The translations under genes were made by a program, and so were the position numbers. From contig CAVNZM010000002.1 in assembly GCA_963693365.1 (NCBI GenBank), positions 1,621,915-1,685,914 on the forward strand: a stretch of DNA of 64,000 nucleotides. Direction: 5' to 3'. The notes under the pieces were generated by a model. That model searched no databases. It was given only the letters and a program-made list of their open reading frames with translations, and was not told the origin of the DNA. The DNA is from Amoebidium appalachense. Taxonomy: Eukaryota > Protista > Ichthyosporea. Shown here one piece after another: positions 1 to 46,922 of this stretch; position 1 is the stretch's first letter; each line of letters begins with the position of its first letter.

Positions 1-172
1 TATGTTGATAGGCAATGTTTAGCGTATTGAGGAAGCGGCGGGCGGGTGTGTGGAAGATTGGTAGGTTGGAGTTGGGATGGGTGGGGGGAGGGGGGGAGGA
101 GAGGGGGGGGGGGGGGGGGTTTGACGGGAAGAAGAAAATGTACATATAGGAAGAAAGGGTTGTGAAATATAC

Positions 173-5804
<5,632 letters not shown>

Positions 5805-6224
5805 CTTCAACTTTCTCCCTAACAGCCTCGTATGAATATGAATATCTAAGGTGCAGGGCTACTGCTACCTGGCATGAACTGAAGCTATAGTATTGATCCC
5901 ACGTACTCCACAAAGGGACAAACAGATCAGAAGAGGGAGGATGAACAAATAATGGCTAACTTGCTTTAGCTCAATCCCTACATGCTAGGGTGCAGGCACG
6001 TTCAAGTCCTCTACAGCTAAAAGAGCCAAAATACACAAACTAAATATGCTGAGCAACCTAAAACCTGGCTGTGAAAAAATCATACAGAAAGAAGTTGCTA
6101 ACTGCATGCAGTAATACTACTCAGCATGCGACAGAGGGCAGAGTCAGTACTGTGACCCCTGCCTGATCATGAGTGCAGGCCTGAGGCCTCATAAGGAATC
6201 ATTTGCGGCTCATTCACTTTTTGT

Positions 6225-6272
6225 TCCGCCAATCAGCACACGGCAGCATGGTGCATTCTGCGCCAATCAGAT
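6225..6272. promoter_or_regulatory. Pair of CCAAT boxes upstream of AFG1
   Basis: CGCCAATCAG occurs twice about 35 bp apart, 420-460 bp upstream of the AFG1 start. The same motif clusters upstream of other genes in the window. Confidence 0.4.
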
Positions 6273-6425
6273 GTGTGCTCGAAAGGCGTGTAAAGAGCTC
6301 ATGTAAAGTTTTCAGGGCTTCTCAGTGGCCTCTAAACAGTTTTACATGGTCCTAGGCAAACCCATAGCTCATATTTTTACAAATGGAGGGTTGTTTGTAG
6401 ATTTTTTTTTTTTTGCCCCCGCTCC

Positions 6426-6459
<34 letters not shown>

Positions 6460-6599
6460 ACACGTCTGAACTAGATCCCATCACCTGTGGCAGGATCGTT
6501 GTACCGGTTCTGAGAACCCCCACCCACCCTCCCTCCCTATCCCACCCAACTCCAACAAAGACACTGCATTGACCGTGGCACACGCAGCCCGCCAGTCAT

Positions 6600-6632
<33 letters not shown>

Positions 6633-7493
6633 TTACCCCCACCCCCACCCTCCCCATCCTAGCTCGCATCGGCAAGGCACGGAAGCACGCACTCGCGTCA
6701 AGCACGCACGCTCGCACGCACGCTTGCACGCAGACGCACACGCACATAGCCAGCCCCACCCTCCCCCCCGTGACCCCCCTCCTCGCCCAACCTGGCTACC
6801 TGCCAAAGCATTCACTCATATACGACAGGCTGTAGTGCCTGGTTTGTGGTTATGTGTTAGGTTTTTCGTTTTGTAGTTCCATTCCCGATGTGCTCGATTT
6901 ACACATGCAAACAATTGGGGTTACCACGGCAGCCAGAAAAACATCCTTCGTTAAGCTTATTCATGCTAGTGCATTCTATGATTAGTTCTCTCGTCCTAAT
7001 GTCAGCGAATGCACACACCACATGTGTGCCACACACGGCCTATGTATATGCATATACTTACGGTGCGCACTGGATGGGAATGCAAAAGCAGCGCTCCTGT
7101 AGGGGTGTTTATAACCTGTTGTCTGTTGCAAAAGACCTAGGGTCATTTCCAGACGCCTGTCACATATACGTTCGCTTACAAGATTCGAGCAGTCTGATTA
7201 CATAACCCTGCTCAACTAGTTGTGCAAGGCGCAGTGCAATATTGGGTAGGCAAAAGGAGGTGTACATGTTTCGATCATCGGGTTCGTATGTTTCCCCCAG
7301 AGACTGCTCAGGCACGATTTGTGTGCCACAGAAAATTTATGTGTATGATCCTACATGAGATTGTGTCAAAGTGCACGAGGCCGGGGCAGGCAGTTGCCGT
7401 GTTCGTGAATGTGTATGGGATTTGTGTGCACCTCTCCGTGCGCACTGGTGTGTGTTGCACGCATGCGCGCACACGGCGTGTGTGTGCGTGTGT

Positions 7494-7527
<34 letters not shown>

Positions 7528-8004
7528 GGGGGGGGGGGGGGGGGGGAGGGGAGGGGGAAGGGAGGGAAGGTCTTTTTCTGACACATACCGAGTTACAGAA
7601 TAGTGAAGCCTTGCATAAATTCCGTTACACAAGGTTTCAGACTTGAATTTACTGTATTTCTCGACGTCCACAACGGGTAAGTAAGAGACAGAGTATCATA
7701 CAAAGTTCAGCCAAACGGTCAGACTTGATCTTTGGGTTTAGTTAGCGTTACCATCACAAATACAAAAAAAAACATACAGTACATGGCCAGCTCGAGGGTT
7801 CGAAGCTGACGCATTAAAAAGAACTACACATTCATTCCAAAATCATTATTTTAAAACTAAATGGCTATATCATTCGGCCGCACTTTTAGCCTCGTGTAGC
7901 CTTTTAAGGAGTACAACTTTAAATACATAATAAGCTCAACAACTTTAAAAAAACCAATACGTTTATTTAGTCAATAATTTTCTGTAAAATTTTTATTAAA
8001 AAAA

Positions 8005-9472
8005 TTACGTGTGTGTGAATGTGCCTGTCTTTAGCCACACAACACATTGACAAGTGGCACACATGACAGTTAGGAGTCCACCACACACAGATAAGGCAAT
8101 ACCAAGAACAAAACGAAACCGAATCGCCGAAGGATTAGATTCAAGGTTCTTTCTGTATGCAGACCAATAAAACAGTCCCGGCATCACCAACATTAGCGGC
8201 ATTGCAAACCACACGCCAAACACACGGTAGATGTCGCTAAGGGTAGGAAACAAAAGAGAAACCCCAGCAATCACCAACAAAACAATAAAATTCGAACAGC
8301 ACCACACAGAAATCTGTCTCGTGCGAGCTGAAAGAGATGAAAAGTAGGAAAAAACATCACAGACCAGATTGGTGAACTCCTCCTTTGTAGCCCCTGCCGA
8401 TGAACAGCAGATAAGCGTCGCGTGAAGGGCAAAGGCAACTCGCAGAACAGCCAACGCATTCGTCTCGGGCAGATTAACAAAAACATCTCCAGCCAGGTTT
8501 GTTCCATACACTGCGTAACTGGCCAGCCCAAAGAATATATACGACCCACAGGCAGTGCCGTATGCATAGCGCACGGTGTTGTCGATACTGGCCTTGGTGG
8601 GTGATTCCAGATGCCCAAAAGTCGTGAAGAGCCGATAGTGTCCACAGAACGCAAACACAAACATCGGCAGGTTTCCCAACACAACAACGGCGGATCGGTT
8701 GGCAACCAGTGTAGAACCCCGGCACTCAGGTCCCATGGGAGAACCAAGGCACGGGTCAAACCACTGTGTGCCCTGACGAGAAAACGCATACACGGTGAGA
8801 AGAATCACGAGGACGGGGATGCATATTGAAGTTGTTGCAAGCAGGTATCTTAGCGTCCCCCCACAACCGTTGAAGCATACAACAATGCACGTGAAAACCC
8901 ACGCAATGAACTGCCAGAAGACTCGAGAACGGTAAAGTGAAACGAATTCTTCGTGGAAGGCAGCCGTAGCCACGGGTGTGATTAAGTCACCTACAACAAC
9001 CAGCGCAGCCGCGCCGTATGCCGCACCCACTGCAAGAGAACAAATCTGTGAAATGAAAGGTATTGCCTTCGCGCGTAGCGTCCAAATACTGTAAAACGTG
9101 GGTGATTTTTCCTGTTTGTTCTTCCCGTGGTAGGCGCGCACAGTCGAGAAGGAGGGCCGAGCCGAAGTTAGCCCAGCAGGCAAAAACGACCAAGAGAAAC
9201 CAGCCCACTACCCACCCGACACTGTCAAATGCATCACCAATGGAAAGTATTCCTATGGGGGTTATGGCACTCACAACGTCATACACAGACCGTGCTACAC
9301 CTGTAGGTTTGTTTGCAGAGTCGAAATCGCGTGTTGTGTCGCTAGACACAGACACTACTGAACACGCATCAATCGCTGTTGCTCGTGCATCTACAAAGAG
9401 GGGGTGATTGTGATAGCCCTTTGGACCGGTTGGTTCGTATTTTTGGTGCACCAGGCAGACTACGTGCGCCAT
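8005..9472 (-). pseudogene. Intronless Aa_trans (SLC38/AVT-like) amino-acid transporter split by one frameshift near 9110-9145; pseudogene or assembly indel
   Basis: ORF 8987-9472 gives the N-terminus (IGILSIGDAFDSVGWVVGWFLLVVFACWANFGSALLLDC). ORF 8005-9183 gives the rest (LPMFVFAFCGH, YIFFGLASYAVYG, GDVFVNLP, LVMPGLFY). The two halves differ by one frame, and I found no short GT-AG intron that repairs it without deleting TM2. Confidence 0.8.
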
Positions 9473-10799
9473 GGTATTGAAGGTTGATGGTTTCTAAATA
9501 AATAAATAAAAATTCTGGTTTAGGTTCGTGTAGGCATTTCTCTATGACTGTGGCTGTTGACAGCATACAACAGACTGTGTGCATGCTTCTCAGCATAGAA
9601 GCATGCACAATCATCGAGTCAAACGAGTCAAACGGGTGAGGATGTGCATACGCGAATGTCGTGCTTCAACAACAGTGGTACATATTTTCCTCGCTTAGGC
9701 TGTGGCAATTTATAAGAGCTAATATATATGTATTCACCTCTAGGTCTTTCATAAGGATTAGCCCTACTTCAGCTCCCTGCAAGGCATGGAAAGAGAGAGA
9801 AACTGAATGTTGAATCCAACGAAGCGCTCACACTTTGTACACACTGGGTGGGGTTGTGACTGTGAGTCTGTTATATGGTGCGTACCCCGCGTTCCAGGAT
9901 GCGAAATACGGGTCCCAATTTGGCGACATCTAATAATAAGTGGTAAACATTTCCCCTTCAGATTCCATTATCATCTCCACATTATATGGATGCTAGTATA
10001 TATATATAATACTATTTCTCAAAGTCACCAAATACGGCAGTTAGGGATATAGTATATAAGAATATATACACACTGTGTGACATTAGTCTTCGGGCTGTCG
10101 GGCCGAGGGCCAAATAAAATTTCTCCTAATTCACACCCTGCAATGCTGCATGCCACCGCCGGACCGGTTGCCGTTTTTGGGAAGGATCGTTCCAAACGCC
10201 CTTTCTATTGGCCTAGTTCCGCCAATAGTCGATAAGTAGTTTCTGCAGTTGATTGGTTCATATGGAATGCATTATTGTAGTCCGAGTCCGACTCCGCCGT
10301 GCCGAAATTGCAACTCGATACATATAGCCTAATTAATATTAAGTAGTAAGTAAAATGATGTTAGAGGCAACAGGTTTTATCAAAGGTAAACGAGCTAATA
10401 TTAGTTTATTTAAGTCCCTAATCTGTATACTTCAATTAATGTGACAGTCGCATGACGGCGCCGGGGGGGGTCCGGATGATCTTAACAAAACAATATATAA
10501 CTGTTTTTATAACTTTACTTCACTGTTATGCTCATGCCTCATTTGCAAAGAAGAAAGCTAAACCCTACTACATATGAAATTTATATTTGTCGCCTCAAGT
10601 GGGGGTGCCGGCACCGGGTACCAGTGGCCTACATAGCTGCGCAGTTGCCAGCATGATGCGCAGGGCCGCCTGGGCTGCGGCTCAAATTGCATCTAGAGTC
10701 AACTACCTTATGCTCTAGGGAGACATGGAGCGCCGTCGGAGTGGACCATGCGGTCCACCGCTCTGCCATATTTAGGCTGTTTGCAAAGTTAAGTTATTT

Positions 10800-10850
10800 G
10801 TGATTGGATACCTCCAGCCAATGACATATGACTCTACCCTGATTGGCTCG
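10800..10850. promoter_or_regulatory. CCAAT-box cluster
   Basis: TGATTGG, GCCAATG and TGATTGGC occur within 50 bp. Confidence 0.35.
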
Positions 10851-11257
10851 CTGGGGTGATTCAAAAATGCTCGCGCATACAAGTGCATTGTGAAACACAA
10901 GGCCCTACATCATGGGGCCACAGTCTGGGCACACACGTGTGGGGCCACACACTGTGACGGGCCCGTATCAATGACGTGCACAAACCATCGAGACCAACTT
11001 CAAACCTACAGTGGTGATATATGGTTATACTTTTATTATGTTTGCATGCATTTCAGAATGGCGCCGGCCCACATCCTGACAATAATATCACGTCGTGTAA
11101 CACATGCATGTGTACGTACTACACGGTTTGCATGCATCATTCGTTCACACACGTGATGGTGATTGCCGGTGCACGTGCAGCACTCACACAGGCAGTGCAC
11201 CCCCCCCCCCCCCCCCCCCCCCCCGGGTCCCCTTCCGCCCACACGCCGTGATCTCAT

Positions 11258-12060
<803 letters not shown>

Positions 12061-13199
12061 CACGTCATACATCAATGACCACCACAGTGAATCAGCAGAT
12101 TCTGCCCGGGGACACCTGCTAGCTAATTGTTTTTTCCCCTCCGGATCCATATATATTTATTGACACCTGTTGTGTCTCTTGTGTGCATACGTGTGTTGAA
12201 GTGGGTTCTTTGAACGGAATTATAGCGGAAAAGGCAACACGACACCAACACTGGGGGTTGCGGGAGCTCACTCGTTTCCCTAACCCTTTACTATCGGCTC
12301 TCTGCACAGCACAGAGCGCAGGCTGATGTACAGGATCGTGCCTCCAGGACACGTAGGCGCACTCATTGAATACCTCAATCCAAATATGGAGCGCCAGGGT
12401 CGCATCCGAATGGCTACGCATCTATTGGTATTTACCGAATATGGCGCAATCACACCACCTTCATAATAATAAGGGCACACAGCACACAACATGTAAAGCT
12501 ACAGGTCCGAGGTCACACGCTGAGAAATCTAACTATGAACAAACTTGAAGTATCCTAACTTACTGATTTCGTGCCAAGCAATATACGTGGACATGTGGGC
12601 CGTACAGTATCTGTGCTTCCTGTTTGTGCCACTGCAGCATTCCACAATGTGTGTTTGAAGACATTGCCGTCTTACATCATAGTACCTAAATTCGCCGAGT
12701 CAGACATCTATGTGATCATTATTTTTAAATTTTCAATTTTTATTTATTAATTTCACCTTGCCGACCCCAGACAAGTTGAAGCCATGATCATGCGGCAACT
12801 GGGGTTACGGCGCATTATCTACCGTCTCCCACCAAGCACCGACCTCGGCTGTACGGGCCCTATCTAGGGGGCAACAGGTGAAATAGCTTCTATACACTAA
12901 CACTGTTACCGATTCGACTACTCAGTACACAATGAGCGCCAGCCGAGGGCTTTTGCCCACTAGAAGTGGCAGTCTCCTTTATTATCACGATTCATGATGT
13001 ATGACAACAACTTAGAAGCTTCATACCACCAACACACTTATCAGTTCCTGTTGAATGCTCAGTGACATACACACATGTTTGGAATCATTTCACCTACACG
13101 TACATCATCGTATTGGGTTGCAATTGGTTGCAACTGCTTATTATGTATATGCCGAGGATACTTCATGCATATACATAAAAGTGTGAGCAATATCACCCT

Positions 13200-13450
13200 A
13201 ACCATCACCGATATACCATTCATCAACGTGGATATACGTTACATGAACATATACGGTGGATATGCTTTTCATCACCGCGGATATCATGGCAATTCATCCC
13301 CGTGGATATACATTTAATCACAGAGTGTGTAAATTCACGATCATCCCTGCGTATATACAATGCATGACAGTGGGTATACATTTCACTGGCACCGTGTGCT
13401 GATATATTTCATCGCCTTGGATATACATTTCATCATCCGCATATATACGG
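13200..13450. repeat. Degenerate ~21-bp minisatellite, consensus TTCATCACCGTGGATATACAT
   Basis: Units such as ttcatcaacgtggatatacgt, ttcatcaccgcggatat, ttcatccccgtggatatacat and ttcatcgccttggatatacat. Confidence 0.7.
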
Positions 13451-13553
13451 TATGTGTCAATATTCTATATAAGCTTGTTGGAATCTTCAAATATGAACAA
13501 ACGAGATATAACAGATATCTCAGAAATAAAACAATCGAAGCACATGACGTGTG

Positions 13554-22496
<8,943 letters not shown>

Positions 22497-23477
22497 GTCG
22501 CCGATTCTCAATAAGCACTTTCAGGAGCCTTGTTTTACCCTTCTCTGCGGTGCTTTCATCTGTTCATCAGTTACTGGAGTTTTGTGGTTCCTTGTGTGCA
22601 CAAACTGCAACGTTCAAGCAAGTAGCCTGCTCATTGAAGATGTAATGAGGGTTAAGAGAGCAGTCCCAGAAAACTTTGTGTACACAAAATTGATAGGTTG
22701 CTTTGCGATTCTTCTTCAACTATTGCCTCTATAACACGTCACTGAGTGGAGTCGCTCATCAGGGCAGCGTGAGCCTCAGTGACGCCTTGTCACGAACTTG
22801 TGTGTTATCAACTTGAGAATCCGTGGTGCCAAATTACCCAATCAAAGTTAGATTGGCACTGGTGCGTGATAGACTAATGGCATTGTCGTATCGTTAGCTT
22901 TATAAAGTCAGTTTTGGTAGCCATATTTGGTGTCATTCCCCCACCTCCCCCCCCCCCCCCCCCCCCCCCCCCCATCCTCCCTCCTCCTCCTCCCGGGGGT
23001 CCCCTCGCCACCATGCACCATGGCCACCAAACAAACAAATTGCAAACCACACACACACACGAAAAAAAAAAAAAAAAAAAGTTAGACCGTTTGAGACCGT
23101 TTAACCAGGAGGTCTTGGTCAAGCCCCTGCTGCCTGCGCCCATGTCTTTGATGTGTGCATGGACATCGACACCCACAAGGGCCACACACATGCCATCATT
23201 TACTTCACTACTGCAGGCTGAGCGGTGGTTCATGCAAGTTCACGTGCAACATTTTGTGCACACGCTGACCAGCAGCTGCATGCACATTATTCATGACCTA
23301 ACAGGCAGACACTCTAAAACCAACGCTAAGCACAGGCTTAGGTGACGCAACGGTTACCGTACGACAACCGTCTTCCCTTTGTTGCCAGAGTGGTGCCAGG
23401 TTTGTATATTACATCGGGTTTGACCAGGACCCCCTCCTCCCCCCCTTCCCCCCTCCCATTGAGTGTGTGCTTCTTTG

Positions 23478-23541
<64 letters not shown>

Positions 23542-23616
23542 ATGTGTTGTATAACGTTCGTAATTCTTATACGTGTCCGTGCCTCAGTGATTTTGTATAA
23601 CATTGTGCGCGCGCGC

Positions 23617-23726
<110 letters not shown>

Positions 23727-23913
23727 TGTGTGTGACTGTGTCCGTGTGTGTGTGTGTCAGTCAGTACACACACCTATGCAGGTCACCATAGCCGTGCAAT
23801 TTGTGTCTGTTTACGCGCATGTGGAAAAACAAGAAGATCTAAATACTGCACACTGCAGCCCAGTGGCATTCAAGCTTTCATAGCCAAATCAGGATAAGTG
23901 ACGGGAATAAATA

Positions 23914-31768
<7,855 letters not shown>

Positions 31769-32896
31769 TTTCGCTGCTTTTTCCTTGATGTCGATGCTCT
31801 GGCGGACGGCCGGAGAGAACTACTTCCGTATGTACTAAGAGAGGCTTGCTTTTACTGATCAATCAAGAAAAAGCGGTGGGGGTCCAGCTAACAAGGTTTT
31901 GGTACAAGGAATCACTCAGAAAGGACAAGGTAAGAAAGTAACAAACACTCCCGGACTTCTCTGAGCCTGCCCCCTCACCGACTGTGGGTGGTGTTAACTT
32001 TCAAAAAGCTGAAATAAGGTCGAGCAATGATAGTGCTAGCCTCTTTCCGAGCTAAACTGGGCTGCAAGCTTGATCTCTTTTGGTTCAGACATGAATCTCC
32101 AGCTCCCTCTCTCTCCCTCTCCCTTCTCTTGTCTCTCGCTCTCTCGCTCTCTCGCTCTCTCTCACTCCTCCATCTCTCTCTCTCTCCCTGGAAATGTTAT
32201 TGTTTTCCTTCTCAACGCCCAGTTGGTGCCTTACTTATCCTCTGTCCACTCGACTTGCTGTGTCTAGCTTTTTACTTTTACTACGGCCCTGTCAGCCTGG
32301 CACACGTTTCAACAACTCCACTTTTGCGTAAATAAAAAGCCCGCCCAAATGCATTCCAGAGTCCCCTAGCTGATTGGCTTTTTATCATTTTTGTCTAATC
32401 TCATGTAACCCTTGGCGACATATGATATCGTATAGAACAATCTTTATCGGCGGCGATCTCTCTAAAGATAATAGGAAATGTGATTGGCTAACATTTTTTA
32501 TTGGTGCTTTGTGCCCGTGATATGTGAGCCACTTCTTCAAAGACGTCGGGAATCAAGGCCGGCCTTTGTTTTTCTCGATTTTCATGGGGAATAATAACTG
32601 AAAAACATGGTTTGCACCCCTGAGGAATGAGGTCTTTGTTCTCTGGGTAGATGAGGTACTAGTGTAGAGTTTTACATGGATTTCTGGCTAAGTTTCAAGT
32701 AGATGCACATATAATGCTATAGAACTGGGGTGTGGAAGAACTCCATTCTATGTTTGACTAGGTCGAAACCAGATCCTTCAAAAAATATCAGGGGCCACGT
32801 CAACGCGGAGATTTCGTGCCCAGGCTTAAGAGAGGAATATATCTTGGTGAATTTTAAGACTGTGGGCTATGAGGTGATAGCAGCGAAAACAACACC
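31769..32896. promoter_or_regulatory. Putative bidirectional promoter between NUP54-like and FHIP-like genes
   Basis: Divergent start codons 1.13 kb apart; ATTGG (CCAAT) boxes at 32373, 32483 and 32500 and a GC-box-like CCCGCCC near 32340. Confidence 0.5.
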
Positions 32897-42979
<10,083 letters not shown>

Positions 42980-43106
42980 TAAACTACGTTGGTTTCTTGG
43001 TGTATATTTTTTTGTATTTTTTGTTTCCCCCCCGCGCTTTCCCCACCCACACACATGCACACAACACCACCTTTGTACAAGTTGTGCTTTGGGTAGGCAT
43101 GGATGT

Positions 43107-43219
<113 letters not shown>

Positions 43220-44448
43220 TAGGGCGTTGAGTGCGGCATCTCGAATAGTTTTACAATACAGTTATGTGTGAAGATGCAAAGATCGCAAACACACAACGAA
43301 AAAGATAACTGGTAAAGACCCACGCATAAACATCCCCAAACCCACATAAGGGCACACACAGACACCCACACGGATAGATGGGCGCCCAGAGGCAGATATA
43401 CACACACAGCGATTGCACACGCGCATGGGCGCTTTTGGGGCATACATAGCACCAACTCTGTTGCGTGAATGATTTTAGACCAATTATTGGGCTTTGCTCG
43501 TGGGTCTCATGACGAACTAATGAAGAAACCGTATGGTCATGTATGCACATCAGGACTGGTTCCTGTAACTAACTGAAAGTTGTGTTTGTGTGATGAATTA
43601 CTGCATGTGCATATATACGAGATTTGTAAATAAGGAGATATTTCATATGGTGTCATATGGATATGTATTAAAGCGAAGGTGCAGTAAGGGTGTATTTACG
43701 ACTATGATACAGCCTCATGTTGTATACAAGTGCTTCAATAAAGACTTGTATACGTGTATTCTACCATGGCCAACCTCCGGGTTGCCTCCGATTTACCTCA
43801 CAGTTTTACTTCTGGTTCGATTGAGTCACGCACATGGAAAGAATCTGTATAGAATAGAATAACTTATGGTATGTTGCACTCACGATTGTGCCATGTAGTA
43901 TTTGCAGTGATGAGCATGTCTGCATGGTCTTATGGGTGCGGTGCAATGGGTGTCCTCCATGCGTGGGGGTTGATCTAAATTGGAAATCTGTGGTGACTGA
44001 ATTATGAACTATTCACGAATACTCCATGAATACCTCCGCAATATTTCTGGGTAATTCACAATTTTCAAAGTTAACCCACCCTGCCCCGCCAAACCCCCCC
44101 CCCCCCCCCCCCCCTCCCCCTCCCCTCCTCTCCCCAGTTTCCCCCCGCGGATCCCTGCTTTCTCTTTCGCGGTTCAGTCATGTGAAATGAAATAGCATTA
44201 ATAGGTGACTCCAGGGTGAGTGTGGGCGCAAAGGGCTCTAAAGTGTCTGGGCCCATGTGTGAACTGCTCAGTGGAAGTGTGTAGTGTGTGTGTGTGTGTG
44301 TGTTTGGTTGTGTGTGTGTGCGCGCGTGTTGCGTGTGTGTGTATGTGTGTGTTGGGGGGCCTGTGTGGTCCGGGAGGGAGGGGGTGGGAGGAGGGGGGGG
44401 GGGGGCTTGTTGGGGGGGAGGGCAGGAAGGGGAGGGGGGGGGGGGGGG

Positions 44449-44489
<41 letters not shown>

Positions 44490-45290
44490 AGGGGCGGGGG
44501 CGGAGGGGGGGGGGGGGGGGGGGGCTACAGTCGATCAGTGTAACCATAATCCCCTTGCTTAACTATCATGAAGCCTTAGTGGCCTCAGACTGTGGAAGTG
44601 GCCTTTCCGTATGGAAATTTCATGCTGGGGGTGAGGGGGGGAGAGGGGGGGGGATGGGGGAAGGAGGGGATGGGGATATGGGGAAAGAGTGGTTGTACGT
44701 GGAAGTTTTTGTTTCAAGATTCAAACTACACACAGTAAGTTAATATTATCATCATTTAGCATGTGCAATTTTATGTGCATCACAAAAAATCGCACGTGCA
44801 AGCAGTACTACGTACATTGAGTCGCTGCACTGGGCTACGACATCTCAACTATCCAACAAGTGCAAACAGTTGATTTCAGCCAATCACGTGGCGTACTCAA
44901 GTACGTGTGCGCTTTTTTATACATAGAGAAGATTGAACAGAAACCTGTACAATGAGTACATACTTAGGCGCTTTCTCGAGCATACAACTTGATAATAGAA
45001 TATGTGCAAACAGTACTGCCAGGTTCCTTGGGTAAACCGGACGCATTACGCGAGGCAGGGCAAACTGTAACCAGACATTGTGATTGCGCATGTTTGTGGC
45101 ACAGAAGATTTCCGTGCAATGGATTTTGTAACCGGAATTTTTATGTATTAAAATTACGAGCCCATGGCATATCCCTACTATGTCGTTATAGTAAACTAAA
45201 TTCCGGTGCAACCAGGAATGGCATAGGCGTGCAAATTGCGCATCTGATGTGCAAGCACTGTACTGAGAGGCTGACGGTTCATCAAAACGC

Positions 45291-45396
45291 GAACTAAGGT
45301 TTGTATAATTCGAGGTAGGTTAGAGAGAGAGAGACTCGGAGGGGGGGAGAGAGACGCAGGGATAGAGAAAGAGAGAGAAGGTGGGGAGGGAGGGAA

Positions 45397-45429
<33 letters not shown>

Positions 45430-45468
45430 GAGCCGGAGAGATAGAGAGAGAGAGCCGTTGAGAGGGGT

Positions 45469-45509
<41 letters not shown>

Positions 45510-45850
45510 GGAGAGAGGGAGCGAGAAGGGAGGGAGGGGGGGGGGAGGATGGGAGGGGGGAAAGGGGGTGGGAGGGGGGCGGGGGCGAGGCGGGGGGGGG
45601 GGGGGGGGGGGGGGTGAAGGTGCGAGGGAAAGAACTAAGGTTTTGTAAAATTCAAGAGGTAGGTAAGAGAGGGAAACTCGGAGAGGGAGAGAGACGGGAA
45701 GAGAGAAAGGGAGAGAGGGGGGAAGGTGGGGGGAGTGGGCAGAGCCGGAGAGATAGAGAGAGGGTGCCGTTTAGGGGTTGGGGACGAGAGGGGAGGGGGG
45801 TGAGAGAGAGGGAGCGAAAGTCGGGGGGAGGGAGGGAGGGGGGAGGGAAG
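45291..45850 (+). repeat. Diverged tandem duplication (first unit ~340 bp)
   Basis: GAACTAAGGTT(T)TGTAWAATTC...ACTCGGAG at 45291 and 45632; AGAGCCGGAGAGATAGAGAGAG at ~45429 and 45741; GAGAGAGGGAGCGA in both units. Confidence 0.7.
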
Positions 45851-46444
45851 GGGAAAAAGGGGGGTGGGAGGGGGGTGAGCAAGGCGGGGGGGGGGGGAGA
45901 CAGGGAGGGAGAGAGGGAGAGAGAGAAAGGGTGAGAGCGAGAGGGAGGGGAGGGGTGTGTGTGTGTGTGTGTGTAGATGAGCTTCTTGGCGGCATGATAT
46001 ATTTAAGAGGTGAATAGGTGTTCTCGGGGGGAGGGGGTGGGAGGAGGGGGGGGGAGGGGGAGGGGGGAGGGGAGGGAGGGGGGTACATGGGGGACAAGGG
46101 AAGGTGAAGGCTGAGGTGGATAGAAGGCGATACATCTCAAGGGGAAAGAATCAGAAAAGATGTGAAGGGAGGGAGGGGGCTGAAGGGGAGGGAGGGGGGG
46201 AAGGGGGGAGAACAAGTTGGGTTGGGGGGAGGGGGGCGGGGGGGAAGGGGGGACGGGAGCGGGGAAAGAAGTAGGCAGCGATGGTAGGGGGAGGCGGGGG
46301 GGGGGGGGGGGGGGGGGGTGGGGGAGAAGAGGTGGCGCACCGAGACATACACAGTAACAGAATGAAGAGGCGGTAGAAGGGGCAGAAAGGTGGGCACGGG
46401 GATGAATGAAAGGGGGAGAGAGTGGAGTCTGGTGGTGGTGGTGT

Positions 46445-46495
<51 letters not shown>

Positions 46496-46922
46496 GGGGG
46501 GGGGGCTGCATGATTTGTGGAGGAAAATGACGGAACTTTCATGTGGCAGAGGTTGGTGCCACAAAGACCAACATGCAAAACATTCTGGCGTATTTCTGGC
46601 GTTCAATATTTATTTCATCAGGCCAGGGCCACACAAGGGGCACCATGGGCTGGCAAGATAATGTACAAGATATCCCCAACCAGGGGTTCTCCTCGGAAAG
46701 GTTTGCTAATATACATGTCGCCTGTAAATTCGAGGTATGGTGCTAGCACCGTTACCACCATATTATGCTTCACACCTGAGAAGCATATTGGCATGCCTTG
46801 CCGATGATCAAGTACTCATGCACACAGACTCAAAAAAACTTGTGGCGTTACTGACTGGACCGCTTACGGTCTGGACCTCATCACTCCACCCATCAGTTCC
46901 CCACACACCACTTCAGCATTGT

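Noticed and set aside
9110-9150. Programmed +1 frameshift in the transporter
   Set aside because: No Ty1, Ty3 or antizyme-type slippery site; an indel is the simpler explanation.
10660-10700. Helitron 3' end (GC hairpin followed by CTAG)
   Set aside because: CTAG is not followed by T, no matching 5' TC end was identified, and the stem is only about 5-6 bp.
13200-13450. CRISPR-like array
   Set aside because: The units are contiguous and degenerate with no spacers, no cas genes are present, and the context is eukaryotic.
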